64,000 nucleotides of DNA from Bacteroides uniformis (GTDB lineage Bacteria > Bacillota_I > Bacilli_A > RFN20 > CAG-826). The stretch is taken from assembly GCA_963641445.1 (NCBI GenBank), contig CAVIBR010000005.1, positions 36,430 to 100,429 of the forward strand. The letters run 5' to 3'. The position numbers and the translations under genes are program-made. Under the pieces are notes generated by a model that saw only the letters and a program-made list of their open reading frames with translations, was not told the origin of the DNA and ran no database searches. Of this stretch, positions 47,455 through 57,374 are shown in pieces; the stretch's first letter is position 1, and each line of letters starts with the position of its first letter.

Positions 47455-48420
47455 ATGAAAGAAATTACCGTTACTAAAGCAAATGATGGGCAAAGAATCG
47501 AAAAATTCATCCGTCATTACTTATCTGAAGCACCGCTAGGATATATCTATAAAGCATTCAGAAAGAAAGATATCAAAATAAACGGTCGCTGGGTCAAAAA
47601 AGATGCAGTAGTCCATGAAGGAGACGTTGTTAGAATATACGTTACTGACCAACAATTAGCTGATTTTGCCAAGCCAAAAGAAGTAGTCTCTAAGCCTTTC
47701 AATCATCCAATTGTATATGAAGATGAAAATATCCTCATTGTCAATAAACCATCTGGATTATTAGTCATGGGAGATGAAAAAGAAAAACGCGTTACCTTAG
47801 CAAACGATGTCTTATCTTATTTATACGGAAAAGGGGAATATGATCCAAAAGATTCATCATTTACTCCATCACCTGCTCATAGATTAGATAGAAATACATC
47901 AGGAATTATCGTTTTTGGAAAGACTGATGAAGCATTAAAAGAATTAACGAGGCTTCTCAAAGAAAGAGATGACATTGATAAACGTTACCTCGCCTTAGTC
48001 GCAGGCATTCCTCCAAAAGATGAAGGATTGATCGATGCACCACTTTTAAAAGATCCTGCAATGGGACTAGTAAAAGTATCAAAAGAAGGCAAGGAAGCAA
48101 AAACAAAATACAAAGTCCTTGAAAAATATGAAGACACGTCTCTTCTTGAACTCGAACTCTTAACAGGAAGAACCCATCAGATTCGTGTTCATCTATCATA
48201 TATTGGCCATCCAATAATCGGTGATGGAAAATACGGTGATTTTGAGATGAATCGTATCTATAAGACAAGATATAGAATCAACAATCAATTCTTGATCGCA
48301 TATTCATTGTCTTTTAAGAAAGTTCAAGGAAAATTAGAATATCTTAGTGGAAAAACATTCAAGATAAACTTGGATGAAGAAGAGCAAAAATTGTTAGACG
48401 CGCTTAAAGCGAGCAAATAA
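47455..48420 (+). CDS. RluA-family 23S rRNA pseudouridine synthase (RluD/YlyB-like) with an N-terminal S4 domain
   Basis: HRLDRNTSGIIVFGKT catalytic motif and an S4-like N-terminus. Confidence 0.85.
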   Translation: MKEITVTKANDGQRIEKFIRHYLSEAPLGYIYKAFRKKDIKINGRWVKKDAVVHEGDVVRIYVTDQQLADFAKPKEVVSKPFNHPIVYEDENILIVNKPSGLLVMGDEKEKRVTLANDVLSYLYGKGEYDPKDSSFTPSPAHRLDRNTSGIIVFGKTDEALKELTRLLKERDDIDKRYLALVAGIPPKDEGLIDAPLLKDPAMGLVKVSKEGKEAKTKYKVLEKYEDTSLLELELLTGRTHQIRVHLSYIGHPIIGDGKYGDFEMNRIYKTRYRINNQFLIAYSLSFKKVQGKLEYLSGKTFKINLDEEEQKLLDALKASK

Positions 48421-48449
48421 ATTAACTGTCGAAGAAAGGGTGATGAAAA

Positions 48450-50165
48450 ATGGAAAACACAGTTGAAAAGAATTACAAACGTTGGATTGAATCAAGCAAA
48501 CTCAGCAAGGAAGAAAAAGAAACTCTTCAAAAAATGAGCGAAGAAGAAAGAGGAGACGCTTTCTTCAAAGATGCTGAATTTGGCACAGGCGGAATGAGAG
48601 CAAAGATTGGCTTAGGCACAAACCGCATTAATAAATATGTCATTCGTCGTGTTACGATTGCCTTTGGATTATATTTGAAAAAGGTTTGCAAAGACATTGA
48701 ATCAAAAGGAGTCGTTATCTCCCACGATAACCGTTTCTTCTCAAGAGATTTTGCTATTGAAGCAGCAAATATCCTTAATGAAGAAGGAATCAAGGCTTAT
48801 CTATTCGATTCCTTGCGTCCAACTCCAGAATTATCTTATGCCGTTAGATATATGAAAGCGGGAGCTGGCATCATGATCACAGCCTCCCATAACCCAAAGG
48901 AATATAACGGCTATAAAATCTATGATGACACTGGCTGCCAATTAATCCCTGCTCAAGTGGATGAGATGCTTAAGATTTTAGATTCTCTTCCAAATGAGCT
49001 TGAAGTTGAAGCTCCTAAAGCAGATAAAAAAGGTGAAACTACCATTCTTCCAAAAGAGGTTGACGATACTTATTGCGCATTGGTTGAAAAATGCCAAATG
49101 GAACCAAACATGAAGAAAGACGATTTCAAGATCATCTATTCTCCTCAACACGGAACCTCATATGAAAATGCCATGCGCGTTTTCAAAGACTGCGGATATA
49201 ACGTCATCCCAGTTGAAAAGCAATGTAACCATGACCCAGCATTTGGTGGAACCCTTTCCCCTAACCCAGAAACTGCCGAAGCCTTCATCGAATCTATCAA
49301 ATTAGCAAAAGAAGAAGGAGCAAACCTTACTGTTATGACCGATCCAGATGGCGATCGTTGCGGTCTTGCTTATTTATCTAGCAAAGGCGAATGGGAAAGA
49401 TTCACTGGTAACCAATCTGCCGCTTTACTTCTTGACTATCTCCTTTCTGAAAGAAAGAAAAAAGGCACATTATCAGCAAACGGAGTTATCTACGACACAA
49501 TAGTTTCTTCTGATCTTGCTAGAAAGATTGCTAAAAGCTATGGTATTGGAGTTGAATCTTTCCTTACTGGTTTCAAATATATTGGCAACCGTATCGGATA
49601 TTATGAGAAACTCGGTCATGGCCCTCATTTCGAGTTTGGCTATGAAGAAAGCTATGGTTGCTTAATTGAACCGTTTGTTCGTGATAAAGATGGAATTCAA
49701 GCTATTCTCTTATATTGTGAGATGGCCTTACATTATTTCCGTTTAGGCATTCCTCTTGATATTGCCTATGATAACCTTGAAAAGAAATATGGCTATCATG
49801 CTTCAGAAACTCTCTCCGTCTATTTTGAAGGAGAAAAAGGCGCTCATGAGATGGATGAATTGATGAAAAACGTTCATGCAAATCCGTTAAAAGAAGTAGG
49901 TGGCAAGCAAATCGTTAAAATTGAAGACTATCAAACTTCAATTGCTAAAGATTTATTGACTGGAAAAGAAAGCGAAATCGAACTTGAAAAATCAAATGTC
50001 ATTCGCTGGACATTTGCTGATTCATCTTGGATTGCTATCCGTCCATCAGGTACTGAACCTAAGTGCAAATTCTATGTTGAAGTCTTCCAAAAAGATGGAG
50101 ATGGAATCAAAGAAAGCATTGCTAAGATGATGTCTTCCTTAAAAGAGCAACTTCACTTAAAATAA
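48450..50165 (+). CDS. phosphoglucomutase/phosphomannomutase-family phospho-sugar mutase (PgcA-like)
   Basis: TASHNPKEYNGYK active-site loop and DPDGDR metal-binding motif. Confidence 0.85.
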   Translation: MENTVEKNYKRWIESSKLSKEEKETLQKMSEEERGDAFFKDAEFGTGGMRAKIGLGTNRINKYVIRRVTIAFGLYLKKVCKDIESKGVVISHDNRFFSRDFAIEAANILNEEGIKAYLFDSLRPTPELSYAVRYMKAGAGIMITASHNPKEYNGYKIYDDTGCQLIPAQVDEMLKILDSLPNELEVEAPKADKKGETTILPKEVDDTYCALVEKCQMEPNMKKDDFKIIYSPQHGTSYENAMRVFKDCGYNVIPVEKQCNHDPAFGGTLSPNPETAEAFIESIKLAKEEGANLTVMTDPDGDRCGLAYLSSKGEWERFTGNQSAALLLDYLLSERKKKGTLSANGVIYDTIVSSDLARKIAKSYGIGVESFLTGFKYIGNRIGYYEKLGHGPHFEFGYEESYGCLIEPFVRDKDGIQAILLYCEMALHYFRLGIPLDIAYDNLEKKYGYHASETLSVYFEGEKGAHEMDELMKNVHANPLKEVGGKQIVKIEDYQTSIAKDLLTGKESEIELEKSNVIRWTFADSSWIAIRPSGTEPKCKFYVEVFQKDGDGIKESIAKMMSSLKEQLHLK

Positions 50166-50954
50166 GCCAAATATATTTGCTAATTCATAGGCAACGCCAT
50201 CTTGGTCGTTGCCTTTTCTAGTCATCTTGAATGTATCTTTCAATAAAGAAGAAAGGGAATTTTTCAAAACATATCCGTCCTTAACTACGGATAACATCTC
50301 AAAATCGTTATCCGAATCCCCAAAGGCAAGGCAATCTTCTTTCTTAAAAGATAACTGCTTCATGATATAAGTGAGTGCGACACCTTTATTAACGTTAGGC
50401 AATACTGCTTCGGAATAATTATTTCCATTCCAATGACGGAAAATGAAACCTTCTTTTTCTAAAGATTCTTTTAATTTAGAGACATTTCCATCATTACAAG
50501 CAAAAAGAGATGTAAAACAATCTTCTTTGATTATTTCATCCATCTTTCCAATAAGATATTCTTCATTGATATACGGAAAATAATTATTTAGATAAGGTTC
50601 TTCCTTCTCTAGATAGATTCTTTCTCCATCTTCAGCCATAGAGGATAAAAGAATATCGCTATTCTCTTTATATATTTTTCTTAATGAAGAAGAAGGAAAT
50701 CTCTTTTCTAATTTCGAAAATGTTGAATCCTTAGGATTAAAAACGAGTGCCCCATTATAGCAAATTAAAGGAGAATCCAATCCTAATTTATCATGCAGAT
50801 TTTTCATTGATCTATATGGTCTTCCAGAGGATAAAACCACTATATGTCCCTGCTCTTTTAGCTTCTTGATGATAGAAATAGTAAAAGAAGAGACATCCAA
50901 AGACGAATTCAAGAGAGTTCCATCTAAATCAATGGCAATTAATTTTCTATTCAT
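50157..50954 (-). CDS. Cof-type HAD-IIB phosphatase
   Basis: The N-terminal LIAIDLDGTLL (DxD motif) and C-terminal GDSDNDFEM. Confidence 0.8.
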   Translation of the reverse strand: MNRKLIAIDLDGTLLNSSLDVSSFTISIIKKLKEQGHIVVLSSGRPYRSMKNLHDKLGLDSPLICYNGALVFNPKDSTFSKLEKRFPSSSLRKIYKENSDILLSSMAEDGERIYLEKEEPYLNNYFPYINEEYLIGKMDEIIKEDCFTSLFACNDGNVSKLKESLEKEGFIFRHWNGNNYSEAVLPNVNKGVALTYIMKQLSFKKEDCLAFGDSDNDFEMLSVVKDGYVLKNSLSSLLKDTFKMTRKGNDQDGVAYELANIFGLF

Positions 50955-51790
50955 TATTTAGTTTTATTAAAAGATACTGATTCAATGAAATGAAGGGACT
51001 TTGACGCGGAATTTATGTCTTTCCAGTTTCTCATTTCTTCATCTCTTCCTTCATATATTGCCATACCCCACCACGGTTCAACGCAAAGGAAAGAAGATTC
51101 TTTTGCTGGGGACCATATAGCAATAAATGGGCAATCATAATGATAGGTAATTGAATAACCGACACCTGTATCAAGAATTAAATCGTTTCTTGGCCTTTCA
51201 ATAAGGATTGTATCGTATTTGGCAAAATCTTCTTTGCTAAGTAAATAGTCTTTCTTTTCTAAAAATGAAATTGGCTGAGGAAGGAAAACATTATTCCTTC
51301 TTGGATAATAATAGATATTTCCTTCGCCTAGATGAAGAACTGCCTCACCAAACTTGGCAATATATGCGGCGTGATCACCTAATTGGAATGGAAGTTCCTT
51401 GTCTCCTTTATTGATGACATCATATTCTCTTTTTAAGGTATTTCCATTTAAGGAATACGTTGCTCTTAAAAGAAAATGGAACGGAAAAGATTTGAATGTT
51501 TCTTCATTATCTTCAAATTCCATCACTAATTTTGTCGGAGTTAATTCTTTTAAAACGAAAGTGGAGGTTCTAATAAAACCGTGCTGGGTTGGACATCCTA
51601 ATTCCTCTCCGTCAATAACATAATGTGAATCTGGACCGATAAATGGGAAAAGGATGACATCATGATGTTTCCATTCCTCATTTGCTTGATATAGCAATTC
51701 TTGATTATCAACCTTGCTAATAACGTGGAGGAGTTCTCCTCCTTGAAGACTTGCTTCAACTTTTAATAATTCATTTTCAATAATTGGCAT
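50954..51790 (-). CDS. aldose 1-epimerase-family protein (LacX/YihR-like)
   Basis: 278 aa with a mutarotase-like fold signature (HHDVILFPFIG...HGF). Confidence 0.65.
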   Translation of the reverse strand: MPIIENELLKVEASLQGGELLHVISKVDNQELLYQANEEWKHHDVILFPFIGPDSHYVIDGEELGCPTQHGFIRTSTFVLKELTPTKLVMEFEDNEETFKSFPFHFLLRATYSLNGNTLKREYDVINKGDKELPFQLGDHAAYIAKFGEAVLHLGEGNIYYYPRRNNVFLPQPISFLEKKDYLLSKEDFAKYDTILIERPRNDLILDTGVGYSITYHYDCPFIAIWSPAKESSFLCVEPWWGMAIYEGRDEEMRNWKDINSASKSLHFIESVSFNKTK

Positions 51791-51990
51791 GAATACATTC
51801 TAGCCTTTTTGTTAAAGAAAATCTTTATTTTGTTTATCACATCAATTTTTAAGTAGTTTTTAATTGACTGGCATGATAGAATAGTAGCGCAAAATAAAGA
51901 GAGGGAAAATATGTTGCAAGAACCTGCCTGCTAATGTCTTTCTCAATTTCTTTATTCCTTATATCTTTAAAACTTGAAAGGGGCATCAAA

Positions 51991-52629
51991 ATGAAAAGAA
52001 AGTTTCAAAAGATTTTATTAGTATGTTCAGTGTTTTCCTTATTTTCTTGTGATTCAAATGATAGATATTACGACTCTTCAATTGGTTTGATCAATGAACA
52101 TACGTTGAAATATAAAACCAATGGTCTAGTTTTAGGCGATCCCCAATATGTTCATTTTGAAGATGGTAATCTGGTAGGTAAGATAAAAAACAACGAAGAA
52201 GTGTTCACTAATCTTCAAACCTATTATGAATCGAACGATTCATTAATTCTATTCACCGCAGATGCATCATTTTCCTTTAAATATTTTGAAAATAACGAAA
52301 CTGGTTATAAAGAGAAATACTGTTATAAGATCAATACGATGTACTATGAATTGTATTTAGAAGACAATATGAGAATAAGATTCTATGCTCCATCGTATTT
52401 AGAAATGAACTTGCCTAAAAAATTAAATGATAAAGTGGAATCAAAAATAAGTTTTGATGAATATAAGAAATTCTATTCGAAGATGAGCAATTACGCGATT
52501 GAAGAGTCTAATGAGAGAATCAAACTTGAAGTCTATTCCTTCAATCCTGGAATTGAGTCTTCAAAGAAACTAGACGATATCTATTACCTAAACATCAAAG
52601 GTGGCTATTCTTCTATAACAAAAGATTGA
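51991..52629 (+). CDS. hypothetical lipoprotein
   Basis: AAAGGGG SD, ATG at 51991, and lipobox FSLFSC. The ORF-track start at 51934 is probably too far upstream. Confidence 0.55.
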   Translation: MKRKFQKILLVCSVFSLFSCDSNDRYYDSSIGLINEHTLKYKTNGLVLGDPQYVHFEDGNLVGKIKNNEEVFTNLQTYYESNDSLILFTADASFSFKYFENNETGYKEKYCYKINTMYYELYLEDNMRIRFYAPSYLEMNLPKKLNDKVESKISFDEYKKFYSKMSNYAIEESNERIKLEVYSFNPGIESSKKLDDIYYLNIKGGYSSITKD

Positions 52630-52675
52630 TATTTGTTATAATTCCTATCATTGATAGAGAAAAGAAGGAAGACAT

Positions 52676-53119
52676 ATGCGTAAATTTGAAATTGCTAAAG
52701 GATTCGAAAACGAAAATATAATCATGCCAAGCAGGGCCACAAAAAAGAGTGCTGGCTATGATTTTCGCTGTTTAGAAGGATATACCCTCAAACCAGGTGA
52801 AACCCATTTCTTCAAAACTGGTTTAAAAGCAAAAATGGAAGATGATGAAGTTCTTCTTATCTTCCCTCGTTCCTCTTTAGCTATCAAAAAAGGCCTTCGT
52901 TTAACTAATTCGGTCGCCGTTATAGACGCGGATTATTATGGAAACGAAAACAATGATGGTCATATCATGATTTCCTTATTCAATTTCACCGATCATGATG
53001 TTGTTATTGAAAGTCAAGAAAGAATTGCTCAAGGCATATTCATCAAATATTTTGCTACGGATGATGATGATGCGACAGGCATTAGAGCGGGTGGATTTGG
53101 CTCGACAAAAACTCACTAA
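52676..53119 (+). CDS. dut: dUTP diphosphatase (trimeric dUTPase family)
   Basis: Motifs SAGYDF, PRSS, and the C-terminal RAGGFGSTK (motif V). Confidence 0.8.
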   Translation: MRKFEIAKGFENENIIMPSRATKKSAGYDFRCLEGYTLKPGETHFFKTGLKAKMEDDEVLLIFPRSSLAIKKGLRLTNSVAVIDADYYGNENNDGHIMISLFNFTDHDVVIESQERIAQGIFIKYFATDDDDATGIRAGGFGSTKTH

Positions 53120-53138
53120 AATCCAAATATCCCTATTA

Positions 53139-53172
53139 AAAAGCCCTCGGATTTAAAAAACGAGGGTATTTT
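53139..53172. terminator. bidirectional terminator between dut (+) and the oxidoreductase gene (-)
   Basis: CCCTCG-(11 nt)-CGAGGG followed by TATTTT. Confidence 0.45.
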
Positions 53173-54727
53173 ATATCTTTTCTGTTCGTAAGATTTTAAA
53201 AGATGGATTATCTAGATGTTCAAGGTTCTTGAATTTCTTGCCTTCCATTTTGCATACTCTTATTGCCGCATGTTTCCCTGAGAAAAGAGCAATTGGAAGA
53301 CCGCCTGGCGGCATCACCCATTGTCCGGCAAGAATAAGATTATCGATGCCAAATTCGCCTTTTCTCATCAAACCTTTAGATTTCTTTGTCGTAAGGAAAG
53401 ACATATAGGAGCCTTTATAGGCGTTGCAATATCTTTCGTATGTCAAAGGGGTGGTGACATCTAATAATTCGATATCATCTTCCTCTAGAGAAAATGCTTT
53501 TGCAGATAACTTTTTGAAATAAGTACCAATTCTTTCTTTTTCTTTTTGATATTCTTCTTTGCTAAGCCCTTTGAGGTAATCATAATCCTTAGAAACAGTA
53601 GGCAATAATATAGTGAAAGTCGTATAGCCGTTATTTGAAAGCAATCTATCAAAAGAGAAATTCCTTATGCAATAATGATTTATTGTAGATGAAAGAAAGG
53701 GAACTTCGTCAATTAGACAATCAACCATCTTTGGGAAGGAAGAAATGTCTTTCTTTGTTCTAAAAGAAAGTTGAACTGAAGATACAAGAGGATAATCCAT
53801 TTCATTAGAGAAACGCTTTTCAAAGAATTTATCTTTATGCTTATCACCTAAAAGGTCTTTTAATAGGTGATATGCATCACAAGAAGAAATGACATAATCG
53901 CTTCTAATTGATTCTCCATTCTCTAGAATAATTCCTACCGCCTTATTATTTTCAATATCAATTTTCTTAACGGCTTTGTTTAAATATAGTTTTCCTCCCT
54001 TTCCTAGATAGGTGTTTTTAACACGATTTATCATTGCAAGAGATCCTCCTTCAACCATGCCTGCATTCTCTAAAGAAATAGCTTGGCAGACATAGAAGAA
54101 GGAGTGAACGTTATAATTTGCCGGCAAGAAACGTAAAAGAATATCGCCTAGTTCCTTGCTTTTAAAATGAGAGCAATATTCTTCCATAGAGACATGCTTA
54201 TAATAAAGGAAAGGCAAAGCCATCGGTAACATTTTTAAACCAAAACCCATGAATTCAAATAGATTCATATATTCCATAGGTTTCTTAGTAGGAATAACAA
54301 CGGATTGATAGAATTTAACATTACGGATGAAGTTATTAATCATTCTTTTATCTGTTGGAAAATGATGCAACATTTCTTCTTTTAACTTATTCAAATCAGC
54401 ATAAAAGGTAAATAATTCGCCATTAGATAGATAGAATTTTGTTAGATATTCAGTTTCATAGATCGTTGATGATTCATCAAATGCACCAATATGTCGCCAT
54501 AAAGGGAAAAGATCACTTTTAGGATTTGTTCCTACAATCCAATGAGCGCAGCCTTCGATATATGTTCCCTTTCTATACCATCCAGTGCATTCACCACCGG
54601 CAATAGAATGTTTCTCGTATATTGCCACATCAAAACCATTATCAAGTGCATAAATACCTGCCGTTAAGCCAGATAACCCCCCGCCTATGATAGAAATTGT
54701 TGGTTTTTTGCTTGTTTCCATTAACAT
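53171..54727 (-). CDS. FAD-dependent oxidoreductase, phytoene desaturase/amine-oxidase-like (COG1233-type)
   Basis: The N-terminal ISIIGGGLSGLTAGIYAL Rossmann FAD motif and a length of about 515 aa. The start may be the internal Met at 54721. Confidence 0.7.
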   Translation of the reverse strand: MLMETSKKPTISIIGGGLSGLTAGIYALDNGFDVAIYEKHSIAGGECTGWYRKGTYIEGCAHWIVGTNPKSDLFPLWRHIGAFDESSTIYETEYLTKFYLSNGELFTFYADLNKLKEEMLHHFPTDKRMINNFIRNVKFYQSVVIPTKKPMEYMNLFEFMGFGLKMLPMALPFLYYKHVSMEEYCSHFKSKELGDILLRFLPANYNVHSFFYVCQAISLENAGMVEGGSLAMINRVKNTYLGKGGKLYLNKAVKKIDIENNKAVGIILENGESIRSDYVISSCDAYHLLKDLLGDKHKDKFFEKRFSNEMDYPLVSSVQLSFRTKKDISSFPKMVDCLIDEVPFLSSTINHYCIRNFSFDRLLSNNGYTTFTILLPTVSKDYDYLKGLSKEEYQKEKERIGTYFKKLSAKAFSLEEDDIELLDVTTPLTYERYCNAYKGSYMSFLTTKKSKGLMRKGEFGIDNLILAGQWVMPPGGLPIALFSGKHAAIRVCKMEGKKFKNLEHLDNPSFKILRTEKI

Positions 54728-54830
54728 ATTTTAATACATATAAGCCATTATTACCCTAAAAATACATTAAGAGTTCTATCTTTATGCACATTTATATGAA
54801 ATATAGCTGAATTGATTGTAGAATAAAGCC

Positions 54831-55256
54831 ATGATTAAAATCTTTTATTCCCCAAGTTGTTCTTCGTGCCGCAAAGTTAGAAAATGGTTTGATGAACAAA
54901 AAATACCTTATGTCGCTAAAGATATATTCACTTCCCTTACCGAAGAAGATATCAAAGAAATGATTTCTAAATCCATTGATGGAACGGATGAAATCCTTTC
55001 TAAACGTTCAAAAATAGTTTTAGAAAACAACATTGATTTTGATTCAATGAAAATTTCTGAATTGGTTACCTTCATTAAAGAAAATCCATCAGTATTAAAA
55101 AGGCCAATAATCGTTGATGATAAAAGGCTTCAAGTTGGATATAACGAAGAAGATATAGATATTTTCATCCCTCAAGCAAGAAGAATGGCTTATCTCCTTT
55201 GCAAAGAATGCCCAAAGAATCTCGATTGCGCAGGTGCGCCAGAAAGCGAAGATTAA
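54831..55256 (+). CDS. spx: Spx/ArsC-family global transcriptional regulator
   Basis: It aligns along its length to Bacillus Spx (IKIFYSPSCSSCRKVRKWFDEQKIPY...RPIIVDDKRLQVGYNEEDI). The CxxC redox motif is present. It carries an extra Cys-containing tail of about 12 aa. Confidence 0.8.
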   Translation: MIKIFYSPSCSSCRKVRKWFDEQKIPYVAKDIFTSLTEEDIKEMISKSIDGTDEILSKRSKIVLENNIDFDSMKISELVTFIKENPSVLKRPIIVDDKRLQVGYNEEDIDIFIPQARRMAYLLCKECPKNLDCAGAPESED

Positions 55257-56306
55257 TTACTTCCTGCCAAAGAAATGATGTTTCTTCTTTTCTTGTTGTG
55301 AAGTAAGAAATAGCCTATATTCCGTATCAATTTCCTTAATGCATTTATTGATGATGATTTGATCTTTCTTCGGATCATCATCTTTTTCTTTATCTTCTAG
55401 ATAGAGAAGAGTTCCAGCGACTGCGCTAGCGTGTTCTTCTTTGATATACGGATAATGTTTCTTTTTATAGGAACGAAGGAATTCTAATAAAGAAGGTATT
55501 TGTTTATAATCGGGGTTCTTTTCGTTAAACTTCGTTTTTTCTGTTTGTTTTAACAACAATTTGAACTCTTTCTTGTTTACTAATAAGTCTTTTGCTTTTT
55601 CTTTGAAAGACTGATATTTCTCTAATAATTCTTTATCAACCGGTGCGTCTTGAAGTTTCTTTCTTCTTTTTTCTTCTTCATCCTTCTCAAGATTTTCTAA
55701 TTTATGGAGAAGATCTAATTCTTCTTCGGTATATGATTTCCTATCTTCCTTAAGCTCTTCAAGATAATCCTTATGATTGAATTTAAGAACGAATTGGATC
55801 GTTTTAGAAGTGCGGATATCTTCTTCAATGGCCAATTGAAACATGTTTGCATAACGTGTTGCAAGCATAGCAATGCTATCAAAGATTATTTGAAGAATAA
55901 GGATAACTCCTGAAACGATCGTTGAAATAATTGATAAATCAGTCGCACCTTGCAATGATATTTCAACGATTGCTACGATTATCGCGGCCATTTTGCAAAG
56001 ATATTTCAATGATTTCAAAGAAAGAGTGATGGCTTCTCTCTCTTTTCTTTTTAATCTTTTCAGGGCTTTGTTATCATAAATTTCCGTCTTATAGAAGGGC
56101 TCAATAATAAAGGTGAGAATAGTAAAAATAAGAATGAAAGAATAGATAATGATATAGGCTAAGGAATTGAAGTTAGAGAAGATGAGGTACAAACAATAGA
56201 TTAAAAAGACGATCTGAACAATAACATTAATGACTTTTTTGATTGAGTTCAGTTCGTTTTTGATGAATTTGAGTGCTGCAAGTGAATGTGAAAACATGTT
56301 TGCCAT
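55257..56306 (-). CDS. hypothetical membrane protein with a long charged coiled-coil cytoplasmic region
   Basis: Four N-terminal TM helices, then a Lys/Glu-rich segment. No family recognised. Confidence 0.45.
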   Translation of the reverse strand: MANMFSHSLAALKFIKNELNSIKKVINVIVQIVFLIYCLYLIFSNFNSLAYIIIYSFILIFTILTFIIEPFYKTEIYDNKALKRLKRKEREAITLSLKSLKYLCKMAAIIVAIVEISLQGATDLSIISTIVSGVILILQIIFDSIAMLATRYANMFQLAIEEDIRTSKTIQFVLKFNHKDYLEELKEDRKSYTEEELDLLHKLENLEKDEEEKRRKKLQDAPVDKELLEKYQSFKEKAKDLLVNKKEFKLLLKQTEKTKFNEKNPDYKQIPSLLEFLRSYKKKHYPYIKEEHASAVAGTLLYLEDKEKDDDPKKDQIIINKCIKEIDTEYRLFLTSQQEKKKHHFFGRK

Positions 56307-56366
56307 AGCAAGATTATAACTAAAAAGAGGCAGAAATGAAAAAGGTTACCGAAGTAACCTTAGCTT

Positions 56367-56951
56367 TTATTTTTTCTCGGCTGCTTTCAAAGCTTCCATC
56401 GCACGAGCTGTTTTGCTCTTTTTGTTCAAAGTGAATTGAATATGATTCTTTTCGAGGAATTGTTGGAGATATTTCTCTGCATCAATTTCATTGTTATGCT
56501 CAAGTTCAACTTCATAATCCTCAATGCCTGAATACATGTTCTTGTCGATAGATAATTTTCCATCTTCATAAGGGACATCAATTCTATCTGTGACGAGTGA
56601 TGTCTTGATCTTCAACGTTTTGGTGTGAATATCAAGCATGTTAAGCATTTTTTTGACATCTCCATCAGGGAAGATGGCTTTATCGCGGAAATTGACGAAA
56701 TCTTCTTTTGTCCAGACGCAATTCTTCTCTAATAAGCCTTGAGAAAGAGGAACTTTAAGCGTCATTTCAAAATGATTGTCTTTTTCTCTTACGCGAAGGG
56801 AAAGTTTTTCTTTTTGTAAAATGTTGTCTTTTGAATCGATGTAGTGATTTGTTTGGGTGTAAACGCCATACTTCATATACTTCAAAGCTAATTTTTCATA
56901 ATCAGCTTTTGAGACTAAAGCTTTGGCTTCTATTTCAATTGTATTACTCAT
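56367..56951 (-). CDS. CYTH-domain protein (YjbK-like triphosphatase fold)
   Basis: The N-terminal IEIEAKAL (ExExK motif). About 190 aa. AAGAGG SD before the ATG at 56951. Confidence 0.6.
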   Translation of the reverse strand: MSNTIEIEAKALVSKADYEKLALKYMKYGVYTQTNHYIDSKDNILQKEKLSLRVREKDNHFEMTLKVPLSQGLLEKNCVWTKEDFVNFRDKAIFPDGDVKKMLNMLDIHTKTLKIKTSLVTDRIDVPYEDGKLSIDKNMYSGIEDYEVELEHNNEIDAEKYLQQFLEKNHIQFTLNKKSKTARAMEALKAAEKK

Positions 56952-57040
56952 ATTGCTACCTCTTATGGTATTATAACTCATGTATGAATAATTGTGTGTT
57001 ATTTCTCGAAAATGATTTCTATGTAAGAAATCTTTGGTGG

Positions 57041-57355
57041 ATGATTCTTCTTGCAGTCATCCTTATTGGGGGTTTGCTTACCCTCCTTATGTGCATAAGA
57101 CATAAAGGAAGCAAAGAAAAAGGAAGAAAGGTATCAATAGAAGATAACCTTGAAGCCATTGGTGGAAGAGACAATGTCATTGCTCACTCCTTAAATGGTT
57201 CAAGAATCGTTTTAGTATTAAAAGATTATGATTTGATTGATAGAGAAAAACTCAAAGTCGCAGGTGCGATTGGCTTTGTTTTGAAAAGCGATAAGATAAC
57301 GATCGTTTTCAAAAAAGATGCAAAAAATATCTATAACCAGATGTTTAGAAAATAA
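57041..57355 (+). CDS. membrane-anchored PTS EIIB(Glc)-like domain protein with the phosphorylatable Cys replaced by Ser
   Basis: 104 aa. One N-terminal TM helix. It aligns to the PtsG EIIB domain (LEAIGGRDNVIAHSLNGSR versus FGGKENITNLDACITRLR). The ORF-track N-terminal extension from 56831 overlaps the CYTH gene and is rejected. Confidence 0.5.
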   Translation: MILLAVILIGGLLTLLMCIRHKGSKEKGRKVSIEDNLEAIGGRDNVIAHSLNGSRIVLVLKDYDLIDREKLKVAGAIGFVLKSDKITIVFKKDAKNIYNQMFRK

Positions 57356-57374
57356 AAAATAAAGGGGTTTTACC

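Noticed and set aside
56831-57040. N-terminal extension of 70 aa on the EIIB-like ORF (track start 56831)
   Set aside because: It overlaps the CYTH gene on the opposite strand and is Cys/Tyr/Leu-rich junk. A GGTGG SD precedes the internal ATG at 57041, which begins the TM helix.
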